A stretch of 61,036 nt of DNA. Source: an uncultured Dehalococcoidales bacterium (lineage in GTDB: Bacteria > Chloroflexota > Dehalococcoidia > Dehalococcoidales > UBA2162). Below are positions 50,404 to 59,548 of this stretch, in pieces. The stretch spans positions 1 through 61,036 of the forward strand of contig CAZBAN010000003.1 in the NCBI GenBank assembly GCA_964489895.1. Reading direction: 5' to 3'. Under the pieces are notes generated by a model, which worked only from the letters and a program-made list of their open reading frames with translations, had not been told where the DNA came from and did no database searches. Numbering within the stretch: position 1 is the first letter of the stretch; the number at the start of each line of letters is the position of its first letter. The position numbers were made by a program, and so were the translations under genes.

Positions 50404-50595
50404 TATTACTTTCTCCTTCCCCTTTTTATTTAGAATTAGCGTAATATAAACTGTACGAAATTTCAACTCCCGTTTATTCTACCTGGAGTAAAGATGGATT
50501 CGGGAAATTCTCTATAAAACAGATTATTTAGTATTTTGTTATTGGTCTCGAAGAGTTTTTATATATCGATTGTTATAAAAGGGGATTTTATATTA

Positions 50596-50706
50596 CCTCA
50601 CCCCTTACCCTTCAGGGTGAACCTTTCAGGATGAACCCCTCTCACACAAGAGAAAAAGCGTAATGCAAACCAAGGAACTGTGTGAGAGGGGGACAAAGGG
50701 GGTGAG
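50596..50706. repeat. Nested inverted repeat in the divergent intergenic region
   Basis: Inner 13-bp perfect arms CCCCTCTCACACA (50636-50648) and TGTGTGAGAGGGG (50679-50691). Outer arms CTCACCCC (50597-50604) and GGGGTGAG (50699-50706). Confidence 0.6.
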
Positions 50707-50853
50707 TAGTTCTTTCATCCAAAACCAAATAGACCCTGATATTTTGGAAATCAGCATTGTGTGAGTGTTATAATAATACCCAAGCCTGATAAAGAAACAC
50801 CGATCTATCGGTACTTGTTTATAATGGCTATATTCTACACAGGAGAGCTGAAC

Positions 50854-52530
50854 ATGAAAGATGAAAAACTTACGGTACTTGACCCCAGAGGACAGCCCAG
50901 CGGCATATTCGGTCGGCGTGGTGAGCCTGGCTCGCATATGATGGCTATTTTCAACCCCGCAACCCAGCCCACGATGACAATCGACGAGCTAGTTAAGCTG
51001 CGTATGGCGCCCCGCCTGGATAGCCTGGACGATAAAACAATCTATCTGGTGGATACCGGATTCGCCGGCAGCCATGACTTCTTTGAAGAAGTCCAGGACT
51101 GGTTCGGCAGGAACATGCCGTCGGTAAAGACAGTGCTGCATACCAAAAAGGGCAATATGTTCGCCGACGAACCCGAATTATGGGTAGAGCTCAAGGAGAA
51201 AGCGGACGGCGTTGTCTTCGGTGTCGGCGGCTGAGACGGCTGTTCGGCGAGTATCGCCGATTTTGCCCGGACAATGGAAGGCGATTACGGTGTGCCCACC
51301 GCCCCAATCGTCACCTCCAGGTTTGCGGACTACGTGCTGAAGGACGGTCATTATCACGGGATGAATTTACGGTGGACTTTCCCTCCCTACCCGGTAGGGT
51401 GGGTACCCCGTGAGACCCTCCACGATTATGTCCAGGGTAACGACCCTATCACCGGTGTTCCCCTAATGCAGGAGATTGTTAATGCCTTAACGGAGCCGCT
51501 GACGGATGCGGAGAAAAACCCGGTAATTTCCAAGAAGCCTAAAAGACCGCGCTTGCTGGAAGCGGATACCGAGTCGAACCTCCAGCGGTTCTTTCTTGAA
51601 AACGCCTGGACCGACGGCTTACCGATAGTCCTGCCCACGGAAGAAAGGGTTGCCGAGATGCTCACCGGCACCGACCACGACCCTCAGGAAGTAGTCGGCA
51701 TGATGTCGGTTGCACCTTACGAAGAAAAGAATGAATATACAGTCGAAAAGGTAGCCGTAAATGCGGTAATGGCCGGTGCCCGACCTGAGCACCTGCCGGT
51801 AATCCTGGCAATCGCTTCCGCCCGGCATCCTTCCATACTCAGCTCCACCGGTTCTTACGGGAGTATGGTGGTGGTGAACGGACCGGTACGCAACATAATC
51901 GGTATGAACTGCGGCGTCGGTGCTATGGGACCTTTCAATTATGCCAACTCGGTCATCGGCAGGGCATGGACATTGATGAGCATCAACTTCGGCGATGCCC
52001 GTCTGGGTGATAATTTTGTGGCTACCATCGGTAATGGCAATAGTTTTGCCAACCAGTGCTGTGGCGAGAACGAGGAGAAAAGCATCTGGGAGCCCTTCCA
52101 CGTCCGTAACGGGTTCAAGCCCGGGGAGAGCGCCGTGAGCGTGTTCCGTGGCTGGAATGTCATGACGCTGGGAATCGGTGCGGCTGACGGTCTGCTTGAA
52201 AGAATAAAGAGTTTTCATGGCATGGCTCACACTTTCGTGCTCGACCCGCTGGTGGCGAAATCTCTGAAAAATGATGGCTATGACAACCCCCGCAAGTTGA
52301 GTGAATGGCTTGTCAAGCAGGCGGATTCACCTTTCCTCAGACCCGAAGACATCAATTTCGTTGTTGTCGGTGGAGAGACAAACCCCATATTTCAGACTAC
52401 TGATTACGTCTATTACAAGACAACATCAGTAGATAAGTGGATACCAAAGGGCGGGATAAAGCTTGATGAGCAGCCACTACGGATGCCTGTCGGACTGCCC
52501 AGTGCCGACGGCTCATGCGGTATTGAGTAA
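50854..52530 (+). CDS. Candidate selenoprotein, type B copy 2 (558 aa; in-frame UGA at 51232-51234, motif GVGG-U-DGC)
   Basis: ORFs 50761-51234 and 51274-52530 share one frame. DGCSASIADFART between the TGA and the first ATG is conserved with the copy at 46005-47702. RBS AGGAGAG precedes ATG 50854. Confidence 0.7.
51244..51260 (+). promoter_or_regulatory. Candidate bacterial SECIS hairpin
   Basis: TCGGCGA-GTA-TCGCCGA begins 9 nt after the UGA. GGC/GCC pairs can extend the stem across an internal loop. Confidence 0.45.
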
Positions 52531-52569
52531 GGTTCAAACAAAATAATAAAAAGAAAGGAAATACAGATA

Positions 52570-53514
52570 ATGGAAAATGTAGAAGGAAAGGTAGCTTTTG
52601 TAACGGGCGGTGCCAGTGGTATCGGGCTAGGTATCGCCAAGGTGTTTGTTAAGAACGGGATGAAGGTCGTTATCATCGATATGCGACAGGATGCTCTGGA
52701 CGAGGCTATGGCATATTTCAAGGAAAACGGCACCGAGAAGATGGTCCACCCGATAAACCTCGATGTTACCGACCGTGAGGCTTATGCGGCTGCTGCCGAC
52801 GAAGCGGAGAGGGTATTCGGTAAAATACACGTGCTGGTGAACAACGCCGGTGTTGGCTCCGGCGGTTCTGTAGTGACCTCCACATATAAAGACTGGGATT
52901 ACAGCATGGGCGTGAATGTCGGAGGCGTTATTAACGGCATCGTCACCATACTGCCCCGTATTCAGAAACACGGTGAAGGCGGACATGTGGTATCGACCTC
53001 TTCGACTGTCGGACTTTTCGCCATGATCGGAAGCGGAATATATACCACCACGAAATTCGCCGTGACCGGTTTGATGGAAAGTCTGGTTTCGGAACTCGAA
53101 GGTACCGGCATCGGAGCCTCGGTGCTGTATCCCGGAGGGACCACGACCAACCTCGGGTTATCCAGCACGGTCAATCGTCCGGAGCATCTAAAGAACGAAG
53201 GTGAACCCGAATTTCCCCCGCCTTCTCAGGGACGGGAAGGAGCCAGACGGATGCCCATGATGGACATGAGTACTTTTATGGACCCGGTAGAAATGGGTGA
53301 GCGTGTTTTACGGGCTATCAGGCGTAATGATATTTTCATCATCACTCACCCGGAGTTCAGGGACGGTATCAAGTGTCGCCAGGATGCTGTTCTCCGGGCA
53401 ATCCCGGATGAGCCGCCTAACGTGAAGCGTGCCGCAGTACTGAGAGGATTCGGTACCCTCGTATATAATCCCATATATGAGAGACAGACGACTCCCGGTC
53501 CGCCTGATTGGTAG
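52570..53514 (+). CDS. Short-chain dehydrogenase/reductase, SDR-3
   Basis: TGGASGIGLG, NNAG, S...YTTTK. Close paralog of SDR-1 (same MENVEGK N-terminus and GPPDW C-terminus). Confidence 0.88.
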   Translation: MENVEGKVAFVTGGASGIGLGIAKVFVKNGMKVVIIDMRQDALDEAMAYFKENGTEKMVHPINLDVTDREAYAAAADEAERVFGKIHVLVNNAGVGSGGSVVTSTYKDWDYSMGVNVGGVINGIVTILPRIQKHGEGGHVVSTSSTVGLFAMIGSGIYTTTKFAVTGLMESLVSELEGTGIGASVLYPGGTTTNLGLSSTVNRPEHLKNEGEPEFPPPSQGREGARRMPMMDMSTFMDPVEMGERVLRAIRRNDIFIITHPEFRDGIKCRQDAVLRAIPDEPPNVKRAAVLRGFGTLVYNPIYERQTTPGPPDW

Positions 53515-53619
53515 GACCGTTCTTCTTGTATTTCTTTCCCGGTGTGGCATATAATCACCGTAACTACAGGTAGCAAAATATCAGTCCTGAGTAGAACCAG
53601 GAAAACGAGAGGAGAAGAA

Positions 53620-55368
53620 ATGGCGGAAAAATACAAGTGTCTCAACCCCGTAGGAATCCAGAAGCCGGTGGATTTACATCCTCTGGCGCCGCGCCTGGAT
53701 ACAATCGATGGTAAGACAATCTACGTCTGTATCAATGCCGGAGGCGACCAGGATATCACGATACCCTTACTGAAGCGGTTGCCGGCTGACTACCCCAACG
53801 TTAACTGGCAGATTAAGAGGCAGTTCGGTTTCAGCGCTGAGTTAACGGATGAGGAGAAGAAAGAAGCCGATGCGATGATAGCCGGGGTAATCTGGTGACA
53901 TGGAGCTATTTGGGGACAGTTGTTCCAGGTAGCAGATGTTGAACAGGCAGGCATTCCGACGGTATCTCTTATTTATGCAGACCAGGATGAATGCTTCAGG
54001 CAGGCAGCCGTGTTAAGCGGCTCGCCCTGTTTAAGACGGATACACGTTTCCCGTACGCTTCAGGGACCCGAAGACGTTGAAGGGTTCCTGGGACCAATGT
54101 TTGACGCCTTGACACGACCTCTGACGAAAGAGGAGAGTGAGGGCGGTCGTCTGGAGCTGCCGGATGACAGAATATTGTTTGAAGGCACTCTTGAGGAAGC
54201 TGAGGAGTTCTACCAGCAGATAAAGACTTACCCCGCGCTGCGCAATAACGCCCCTATCTCACTCTACACGGACGGTCTCCCGATTGTCGTTCCCACCGAG
54301 GAACGTGTGGAAAAGATGCTGAAGGGCACCAGCCACAAACCTGATGAACTGGTTGCTCTCCAGTCTGACCGGGCCTCGTTTATGAGGGGCCCGGGGGGTA
54401 AGAAGGGCGACCCGGTAAGGTTTCAGCCCGTGCTGCGAAGAGCTACGGTGGAACAGGTAGCGGTCAATGCCGTAATGGCAGGATGCAAGCCGGAATATAT
54501 GCCTGTAGTACTGGCTATTGCCGAATCGGGTGGCGGTGGAGGTCCCGATGGTCGCGGCAGTATTGGCTATGTCGTCAGTGGTCCTATCGCCAAGGAAATA
54601 GGGATGAACTTTGATGTGGGATTACTGGGACCCGGTAACCCGGCTAACAGGAGCATTGCCCGCGCCGCTGAGTTGATGTGGCGTAACTTCGGCGATAATA
54701 TCCCGGCTGTAACCAACTGCGGTGTCATGGGGTGTCCGCTTTTTAACTGCATTCCCGAGGACCTGGACGCGCTGCCGCCGGGCTGGAAAGGCCTGAACGA
54801 GGAGTATGACTTCAGGAAGGACGAAAGTATTGTCTATACAATGAACCTGGGGAGGGGAGGCACGACCAACATACACCGTACCGAATTTTCCCCGGGCGGG
54901 TATCGGGCATTCCAGAAAAGCGGTCACGGCGGCATTGCCAGACGTCTCGGTGTCAAAGGTGTGCCCGGACCGAAGAACTTCCTTGGATACATGGTTCCCG
55001 GCATCTGGGCTAACAGGGAAGGAGGCATTACGTTCCTCTTGCTCCCCCAGATGGCTCAACACCTGTACGAGTGCGGTTTTAAGTCCAAAGATGAAGTATA
55101 CGAGTGGATTTATCAAGCAAGTTTTGTGACCATGAAGGAATACCGGACCCACTCCTGGCCCGATGTCCAGACAAACTCCTGGCTGGGGATAGAACCGAAG
55201 TCAGGCAAGCCGTATAAAGAGCTGGCGGATGATTATAAGGTACCGATGGTGAGAGACCCGTATGAGAACTGCATAATCGTTACCGGCGGTGGTGAAGAAT
55301 ATCCCCAGTGGATTGGCGCTCGCAGACCTGGCTCAAGTCCCGCTTATAATATAGACGTATGGCGGTAA
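53620..55368 (+). CDS. Candidate selenoprotein, type A copy 2 (582 aa; in-frame UGA at 53896-53898 is residue 93)
   Basis: ORFs 53542-53898 and 53920-55368 share one frame. The UGA falls at the same residue number as in the copy at 28866-30614. HGAIWGQL follows the UGA. Confidence 0.7.
53913..53926 (+). promoter_or_regulatory. Candidate bacterial SECIS apical hairpin
   Basis: GGGAC-AGUU-GUUCC, with the loop at the same distance from the UGA as in copy 1. One base pair differs from copy 1 in a compensatory way. Confidence 0.45.
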
Positions 55369-55396
55369 GGGCCATTCATATCGGGCAATATTAAGA

Positions 55397-55429
55397 GGGC
55401 TGGCGGTTACACCGCCAGCCCTTGTTTTT
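55397..55429 (+). terminator. Intrinsic terminator
   Basis: Perfect 10-bp stem GGGCTGGCGG/CCGCCAGCCC, 5-nt loop, then TTGTTTTT. Confidence 0.75.
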
Positions 55430-55471
55430 CCTTATCGTTTACCATATAATCATCAAGATTTTGAGGTAATT

Positions 55472-55801
55472 ATGAGCCCGTCCAGAGAGCACCATAACGT
55501 ATATGTTATTGAGTTATCCCCGGCGATTATCAAGAATAAGAAATTTGTCAGCCAGAATCGCGGTTTGAATCCCTTTCTTCCCTGTTATTACGTGGGCATG
55601 ACCGGGCTAACGCCTGAAGAACGCTTTCAAAACCACAAAAACGACTATAAATCAAACAGGTTCGTGCATAAATACGGAATGTATCTGGTGCCCGAACTAT
55701 ATGAAAAGTATAATCCTATGTCCTACGAAAAAGCGGTGAAAAAAGAAAAAGAACTTGCCGCTGAACTCAGAGGCAAAGGTCACGGCGTCTGGCAGAACTA
55801 A
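55472..55801 (+). CDS. GIY-YIG-like small protein
   Basis: 109 aa. VYVIEL...YYVGMTG...R..NH pattern resembles the GIY-YIG core. Confidence 0.4.
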   Translation: MSPSREHHNVYVIELSPAIIKNKKFVSQNRGLNPFLPCYYVGMTGLTPEERFQNHKNDYKSNRFVHKYGMYLVPELYEKYNPMSYEKAVKKEKELAAELRGKGHGVWQN

Positions 55802-55845
55802 ACCTGCTGATACTGATTTGTGCAGAATATATAGTGTCAAGAATC

Positions 55846-55874
55846 TTGACACTGTATTGCCGACCACATACACT
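55846..55874 (+). promoter_or_regulatory. Sigma70-type promoter whose -35 box is embedded in a palindrome
   Basis: TTGACA (55846-55851), 17-nt spacer, TACACT (55869-55874). The 9-bp inverted repeat AGTGTCAAG/CTTGACACT (55833-55853) overlaps the -35 box. Confidence 0.4.
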
Positions 55875-55904
55875 GTTAGAAACATTCACTGAAGGTGTAA
55901 AGAA

Positions 55905-56321
55905 GTGATATGTCCTGTATGTAAGTCAGATATGATTGTGGTCGAGTACCGTGATATAGAGCTTGACTACTGTACCGAGTGTCAGGGAGTCTGGTTTGAT
56001 TCCGGTGAGCTTGAACTCATGCTCAATTCATATCATACGGAAGGTATAGAAAAATACCTTGAGGATATAAAGAACGCTCCAGATGCTCAAACGAAAGAGA
56101 AGAGGCGGAAGTGTCCTGTTTGCGGTCGCAAAATGGGCAAGAAAGCCATTGGCGGACAACCCCGGATATTAATTGACACATGTGAAGAAGAACACGGACT
56201 GTGGTTTGATGGTGGCGAGATTGATCAGTTACGAGGTCAAATAGTCGGCAAGACCAAGACAATAAGTGGTACAGAGAATGAGGCTATCAGTTTTCTGGGA
56301 GAGCTCTTTAATACTCCGTAA
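55905..56321 (+). CDS. Tandem TFIIB-type zinc-ribbon protein
   Basis: Two repeats of CPxC...(Y)C..C.G.WFD.GE (CPVCKS...CTECQGVWFDSGE and CPVCGR...C.EEHGLWFDGGE). GTG start. Confidence 0.6.
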   Translation: MICPVCKSDMIVVEYRDIELDYCTECQGVWFDSGELELMLNSYHTEGIEKYLEDIKNAPDAQTKEKRRKCPVCGRKMGKKAIGGQPRILIDTCEEEHGLWFDGGEIDQLRGQIVGKTKTISGTENEAISFLGELFNTP

Positions 56322-56372
56322 TATAACTCGGTAAAAGAAAGAGAATAATGACTATTTTGTAAGGGGGCGCAG

Positions 56373-56936
56373 ATGGTAGTTTATTGGGTTATCATAGGTA
56401 TTGTTGTCATTGTTGTTGGTTTCTTCTGGGTTACATATAACAATCTCGTAAGACTCCGTAATCAGGTAAAAAATGCCTGGGCACAAATTGATGTCCAGCT
56501 GAAACGGCGCTATGACCTGATTCCCAATCTTGTTGAAACCGTTAAGGGCTATATGACGCACGAGAGGGAAACTCTGGAAGCGGTAACCAACGCCCGTAAC
56601 CTTGCCCAGCAAGTATCTTCCTCCGGTGCCGGAACGAGGGCTAAGGCTGAAAGCGAATTGAGCTCAGCGCTATCCCGACTCCTCGCCGTGGTGGAGAACT
56701 ATCCCGACCTTAAAGCTAACCAGAACTTCATAGCTCTCCAGGAAGAGCTTACCTCCACAGAGAACAAGATAAGCTTTTCCCGGCAGTTTTATAATGACTC
56801 TGTGCTCGGATACAACAACAAGACGCAGATGTTCCCGTCGAACTTCGTTGCTTCTATGACAGGGTTCAAAGCCGGTGAGTTCTTTGAAGTTACTCTGGCT
56901 GCGGAGAGAGAAGCACCAAAAGTCAGTTTCAGTTAA
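56373..56936 (+). CDS. lemA: LemA-family membrane protein
   Basis: One N-terminal transmembrane segment, then YNNLV...[20 protein letters not shown], typical of LemA. Confidence 0.85.
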   Translation: MVVYWVIIGIVVIVVGFFWVTYNNLVRLRNQVKNAWAQIDVQLKRRYDLIPNLVETVKGYMTHERETLEAVTNARNLAQQVSSSGAGTRAKAESELSSALSRLLAVVENYPDLKANQNFIALQEELTSTENKISFSRQFYNDSVLGYNNKTQMFPSNFVASMTGFKAGEFFEVTLAAEREAPKVSFS

Positions 56937-56954
56937 TTATCAGGTAATTTTTAT

Positions 56955-58172
56955 ATGTGGGAACAGATAAGAGCCAACAGGACAAGGTCGATGATACTGG
57001 TAATCGTCATGGGGGCGATACTGGTTTTGCTCGGTTACTTCTTGGGCCTTTCTTTTTTCGATAATGCCGTCTTTGGGCTGGTCATCGCCCTGATCATTTG
57101 GGTAGTGATGAGCCTCTTGGCTTACTACCAGGGTGACAGCCTGCTGCTGACCATCTCCGGTGCCAGGAAAATCAACCGCGATGACCATCCGCGCCTGTAT
57201 AATATCGTCGAGGAGATGAAGATTGCCTCCGGGATGGAGAAGATGCCTGACATATATATTATCGATGACCCCGCCCTCAATGCATTCGCCACCGGACGAG
57301 ATAAAAACCATGCCTCGGTTGCCATAACATCTGGACTACTGCAGAAACTCAACCGTGATGAGCTGCAGGGTGTAATCGGCCATGAGATGGCTCATATCAA
57401 AAACCGTGACGTACTTCTCATGGCAATGACCAGTGTTTTACTGGGAACCATTGTCATCCTCGCCTGGTACGGTTCCCGTTTCCTCATTTTCGGCGGTATG
57501 GGCGGTTCAAGGGGGAGACATTCATCAGGTGGTGGGGGACAGGCTCAAATAATCATTATTGTAGTGGCACTTGTATTTATGATATTAGCACCGATTTTAG
57601 CCCAGATTATTTACCTGGCGATTTCACGGAAAAGGGAGTACCTGGCCGATGCTTCTTCAGCATTATATACCCGTTATCCGGAAGGACTGGCGTCGGCACT
57701 GGAGAAACTCGGGGCATCAACAGGACAGTTAAAATCGGCTAATCAGGCTACGGCACCGATGTATATAGTTAATCCCTTCCGTAAGAAAGGCTTGAAATTC
57801 AGCGACCTCTCAAGCACCCACCCGCCTATCTCGGAGAGGATACGCATCCTGCGTGGTATGGCCGGGGCTGCCTACAATAACTATGATGAATCTTATCGTC
57901 AGGTGCACCGGGGTGGCAGGGGAATTATACCGGGATTGAGTCTCGTCGGCACCCCCGTTCCGTTAGCAGAGACACCACCTTCATTGAAAGTCGAAGAGCC
58001 TAGTGAAATACAGCGAGCTCGGGAAACGTCGAGTGCGTTACGACGGGTGAATAACTTTACATCTATTACTTGTGAATGTGGTGCCGTGTTGAAAATCCCT
58101 CCGGGCTTCAAGGGTGATAATGTCACCTGCCCGAGATGCCACAGAAGACATGCAGTCAGTCGCGGCTTTTAG
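56955..58172 (+). CDS. M48-family (HtpX-like) zinc metallopeptidase with a C-terminal zinc ribbon
   Basis: HEMAHIKNRD (HExxH), 4 transmembrane segments, and C-terminal CECG...CPRCH. The LemA-M48 gene pair is a common arrangement. Confidence 0.85.
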   Translation: MWEQIRANRTRSMILVIVMGAILVLLGYFLGLSFFDNAVFGLVIALIIWVVMSLLAYYQGDSLLLTISGARKINRDDHPRLYNIVEEMKIASGMEKMPDIYIIDDPALNAFATGRDKNHASVAITSGLLQKLNRDELQGVIGHEMAHIKNRDVLLMAMTSVLLGTIVILAWYGSRFLIFGGMGGSRGRHSSGGGGQAQIIIIVVALVFMILAPILAQIIYLAISRKREYLADASSALYTRYPEGLASALEKLGASTGQLKSANQATAPMYIVNPFRKKGLKFSDLSSTHPPISERIRILRGMAGAAYNNYDESYRQVHRGGRGIIPGLSLVGTPVPLAETPPSLKVEEPSEIQRARETSSALRRVNNFTSITCECGAVLKIPPGFKGDNVTCPRCHRRHAVSRGF

Positions 58173-58215
58173 TTCGTTACTCATTGTATATCTACTAATA
58201 ATCGGGAGGAAAGAG

Positions 58216-59469
58216 TTGGCGGAAAAGACAACCGAAGAGCTGTACCAGGAGAGAGAAAAGAGGGTTAGCGATGCCATACAGTTGAAAATACCGGATAGAG
58301 TCCCCATCGAAATGTCGTTCGGGTATTTCCCGGGAAAATACCTCGGAATAACCTGCAAGCCTGCTTATTATGATTTTGATACCTGGCTGGAAGCCACCAA
58401 GAAGACCATACTTGATTTCGAGCCGGACGCCCTCTGTCACGTGCAGGGTATTTCGCCGGGACTGGCTATGGAGTACCTCGAGCCCAGGTCGATGAAGTGG
58501 CCCGGGTATGGACTCCCCGATAAATCCGGTCACCAGGCTATAGAAGGTGAGTGGATGAAAGCGGATGAGTATGACCGCTATTTTGGCGACCGTACTGATT
58601 ATTTAATCAGGACTTTCCTGCCGCGTGTCTGCGGGGTGATGGAACCAATGGTAAACCTCCCGGATTTATCGTCCATGGGGTTCGGGTTTTTTGGAGTGAT
58701 GAGGATTGCCCAGGCGCTGGCGACACCGGAGATAGCCGCAGCTATCGAACGTCTTCAGAAAGCAGGACAAGAACTGAACAAGTTTTATCCTAAAATGATG
58801 GAATTCGACAGGGAAATAGAGAAACTGGGTTTCCCGCTTACAGGAATGGGTGCCGGCATGGCGCCTTTCGACCTTATTTCTGATAGTATCCGCGGCATGC
58901 ACGGTGCCATGCTTGATATGTACCGGCAGCCTGAGAACCTGCATAAAGCCAATGATGAGATACTGGAGAGTACCATGGAAAGAATAGCCATGCTACCCCA
59001 GAGGTACGATAATCCCAGAGTTTTTATGGCTACTCACCGCGGCTCGGACGGTTTTATGTCCTTGAAACAGTTCGAAGAGTTCTACTGGCCCGGACTTAAA
59101 ACCGTTATTCTTGCGATTATAGATAAAGGTTATGTACCGGGTATCTTTTTCGAAGGAGACTGGACTCAGCGCCTGGAATACCTGGCTGAGCTTCCCCCCG
59201 GGAAAGTACTGGGTCATTTCGACACCACGGATATCTACAGAGCTAAAGAGATACTGAAGAATAACATGTGTATCAGGGGAAATGTTCCTGCCACGTTACT
59301 ACGAGCGAGCACTGTTCAGGGAGTTAAGGACTATTGTAAAGAGCTGATAGATGTCGTCGGTAAGGACGGGGGGCTTATCGTCTGTCCCAGCGTCGTGCCT
59401 GACGAAGGCACTGCGGAAAACATCCACGCCATGATTGATTTCACCAAAGAATATGGGGTATATAGTTAG
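58216..59469 (+). CDS. Uroporphyrinogen decarboxylase (URO-D) family protein, MtaA/CmuA-like
   Basis: About 417 aa. Recalled similarity to URO-D-fold proteins. I chose TTG 58216 because GGGAGG lies 6 nt upstream and this start avoids overlap with the M48 gene. Confidence 0.55.
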   Translation: MAEKTTEELYQEREKRVSDAIQLKIPDRVPIEMSFGYFPGKYLGITCKPAYYDFDTWLEATKKTILDFEPDALCHVQGISPGLAMEYLEPRSMKWPGYGLPDKSGHQAIEGEWMKADEYDRYFGDRTDYLIRTFLPRVCGVMEPMVNLPDLSSMGFGFFGVMRIAQALATPEIAAAIERLQKAGQELNKFYPKMMEFDREIEKLGFPLTGMGAGMAPFDLISDSIRGMHGAMLDMYRQPENLHKANDEILESTMERIAMLPQRYDNPRVFMATHRGSDGFMSLKQFEEFYWPGLKTVILAIIDKGYVPGIFFEGDWTQRLEYLAELPPGKVLGHFDTTDIYRAKEILKNNMCIRGNVPATLLRASTVQGVKDYCKELIDVVGKDGGLIVCPSVVPDEGTAENIHAMIDFTKEYGVYS

Positions 59470-59548
59470 GTATTTATTACAGGATTATTTCCAATTCTAA
59501 CCCAACTTCTTGTTTTTCTATATTATCTGAAATATAATCATTAATACT

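Noticed and set aside
50626-50937. A 103-aa minus-strand ORF in the divergent intergenic region.
   Set aside because: It spans the nested inverted repeat and the start of the type B2 gene. It has no RBS, and its composition follows the palindrome.
45275-52230. Several 150-245 aa ORFs opposite the SDR and selenoprotein genes (for example 45275-45973, 46125-46640, 47747-48484, 48926-49600 and 51619-52230).
   Set aside because: All lie antisense to genes with clear paralog and motif support. Their sequences are low-complexity and lack motifs.
28800-55368. In-frame TGAs could reflect an alternative genetic code (TGA read as Trp or Gly) or pseudogenisation by nonsense mutation.
   Set aside because: TGA ends conserved genes at their expected C-termini (metV at 4413-4415, aspS at 25100-25102, tig at 26419-26421), so the code is standard. 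Five diverged paralogs all carry TGA at the same aligned position, within a conserved redox-type motif and followed by a hairpin. That is not what independent inactivating mutations would produce.
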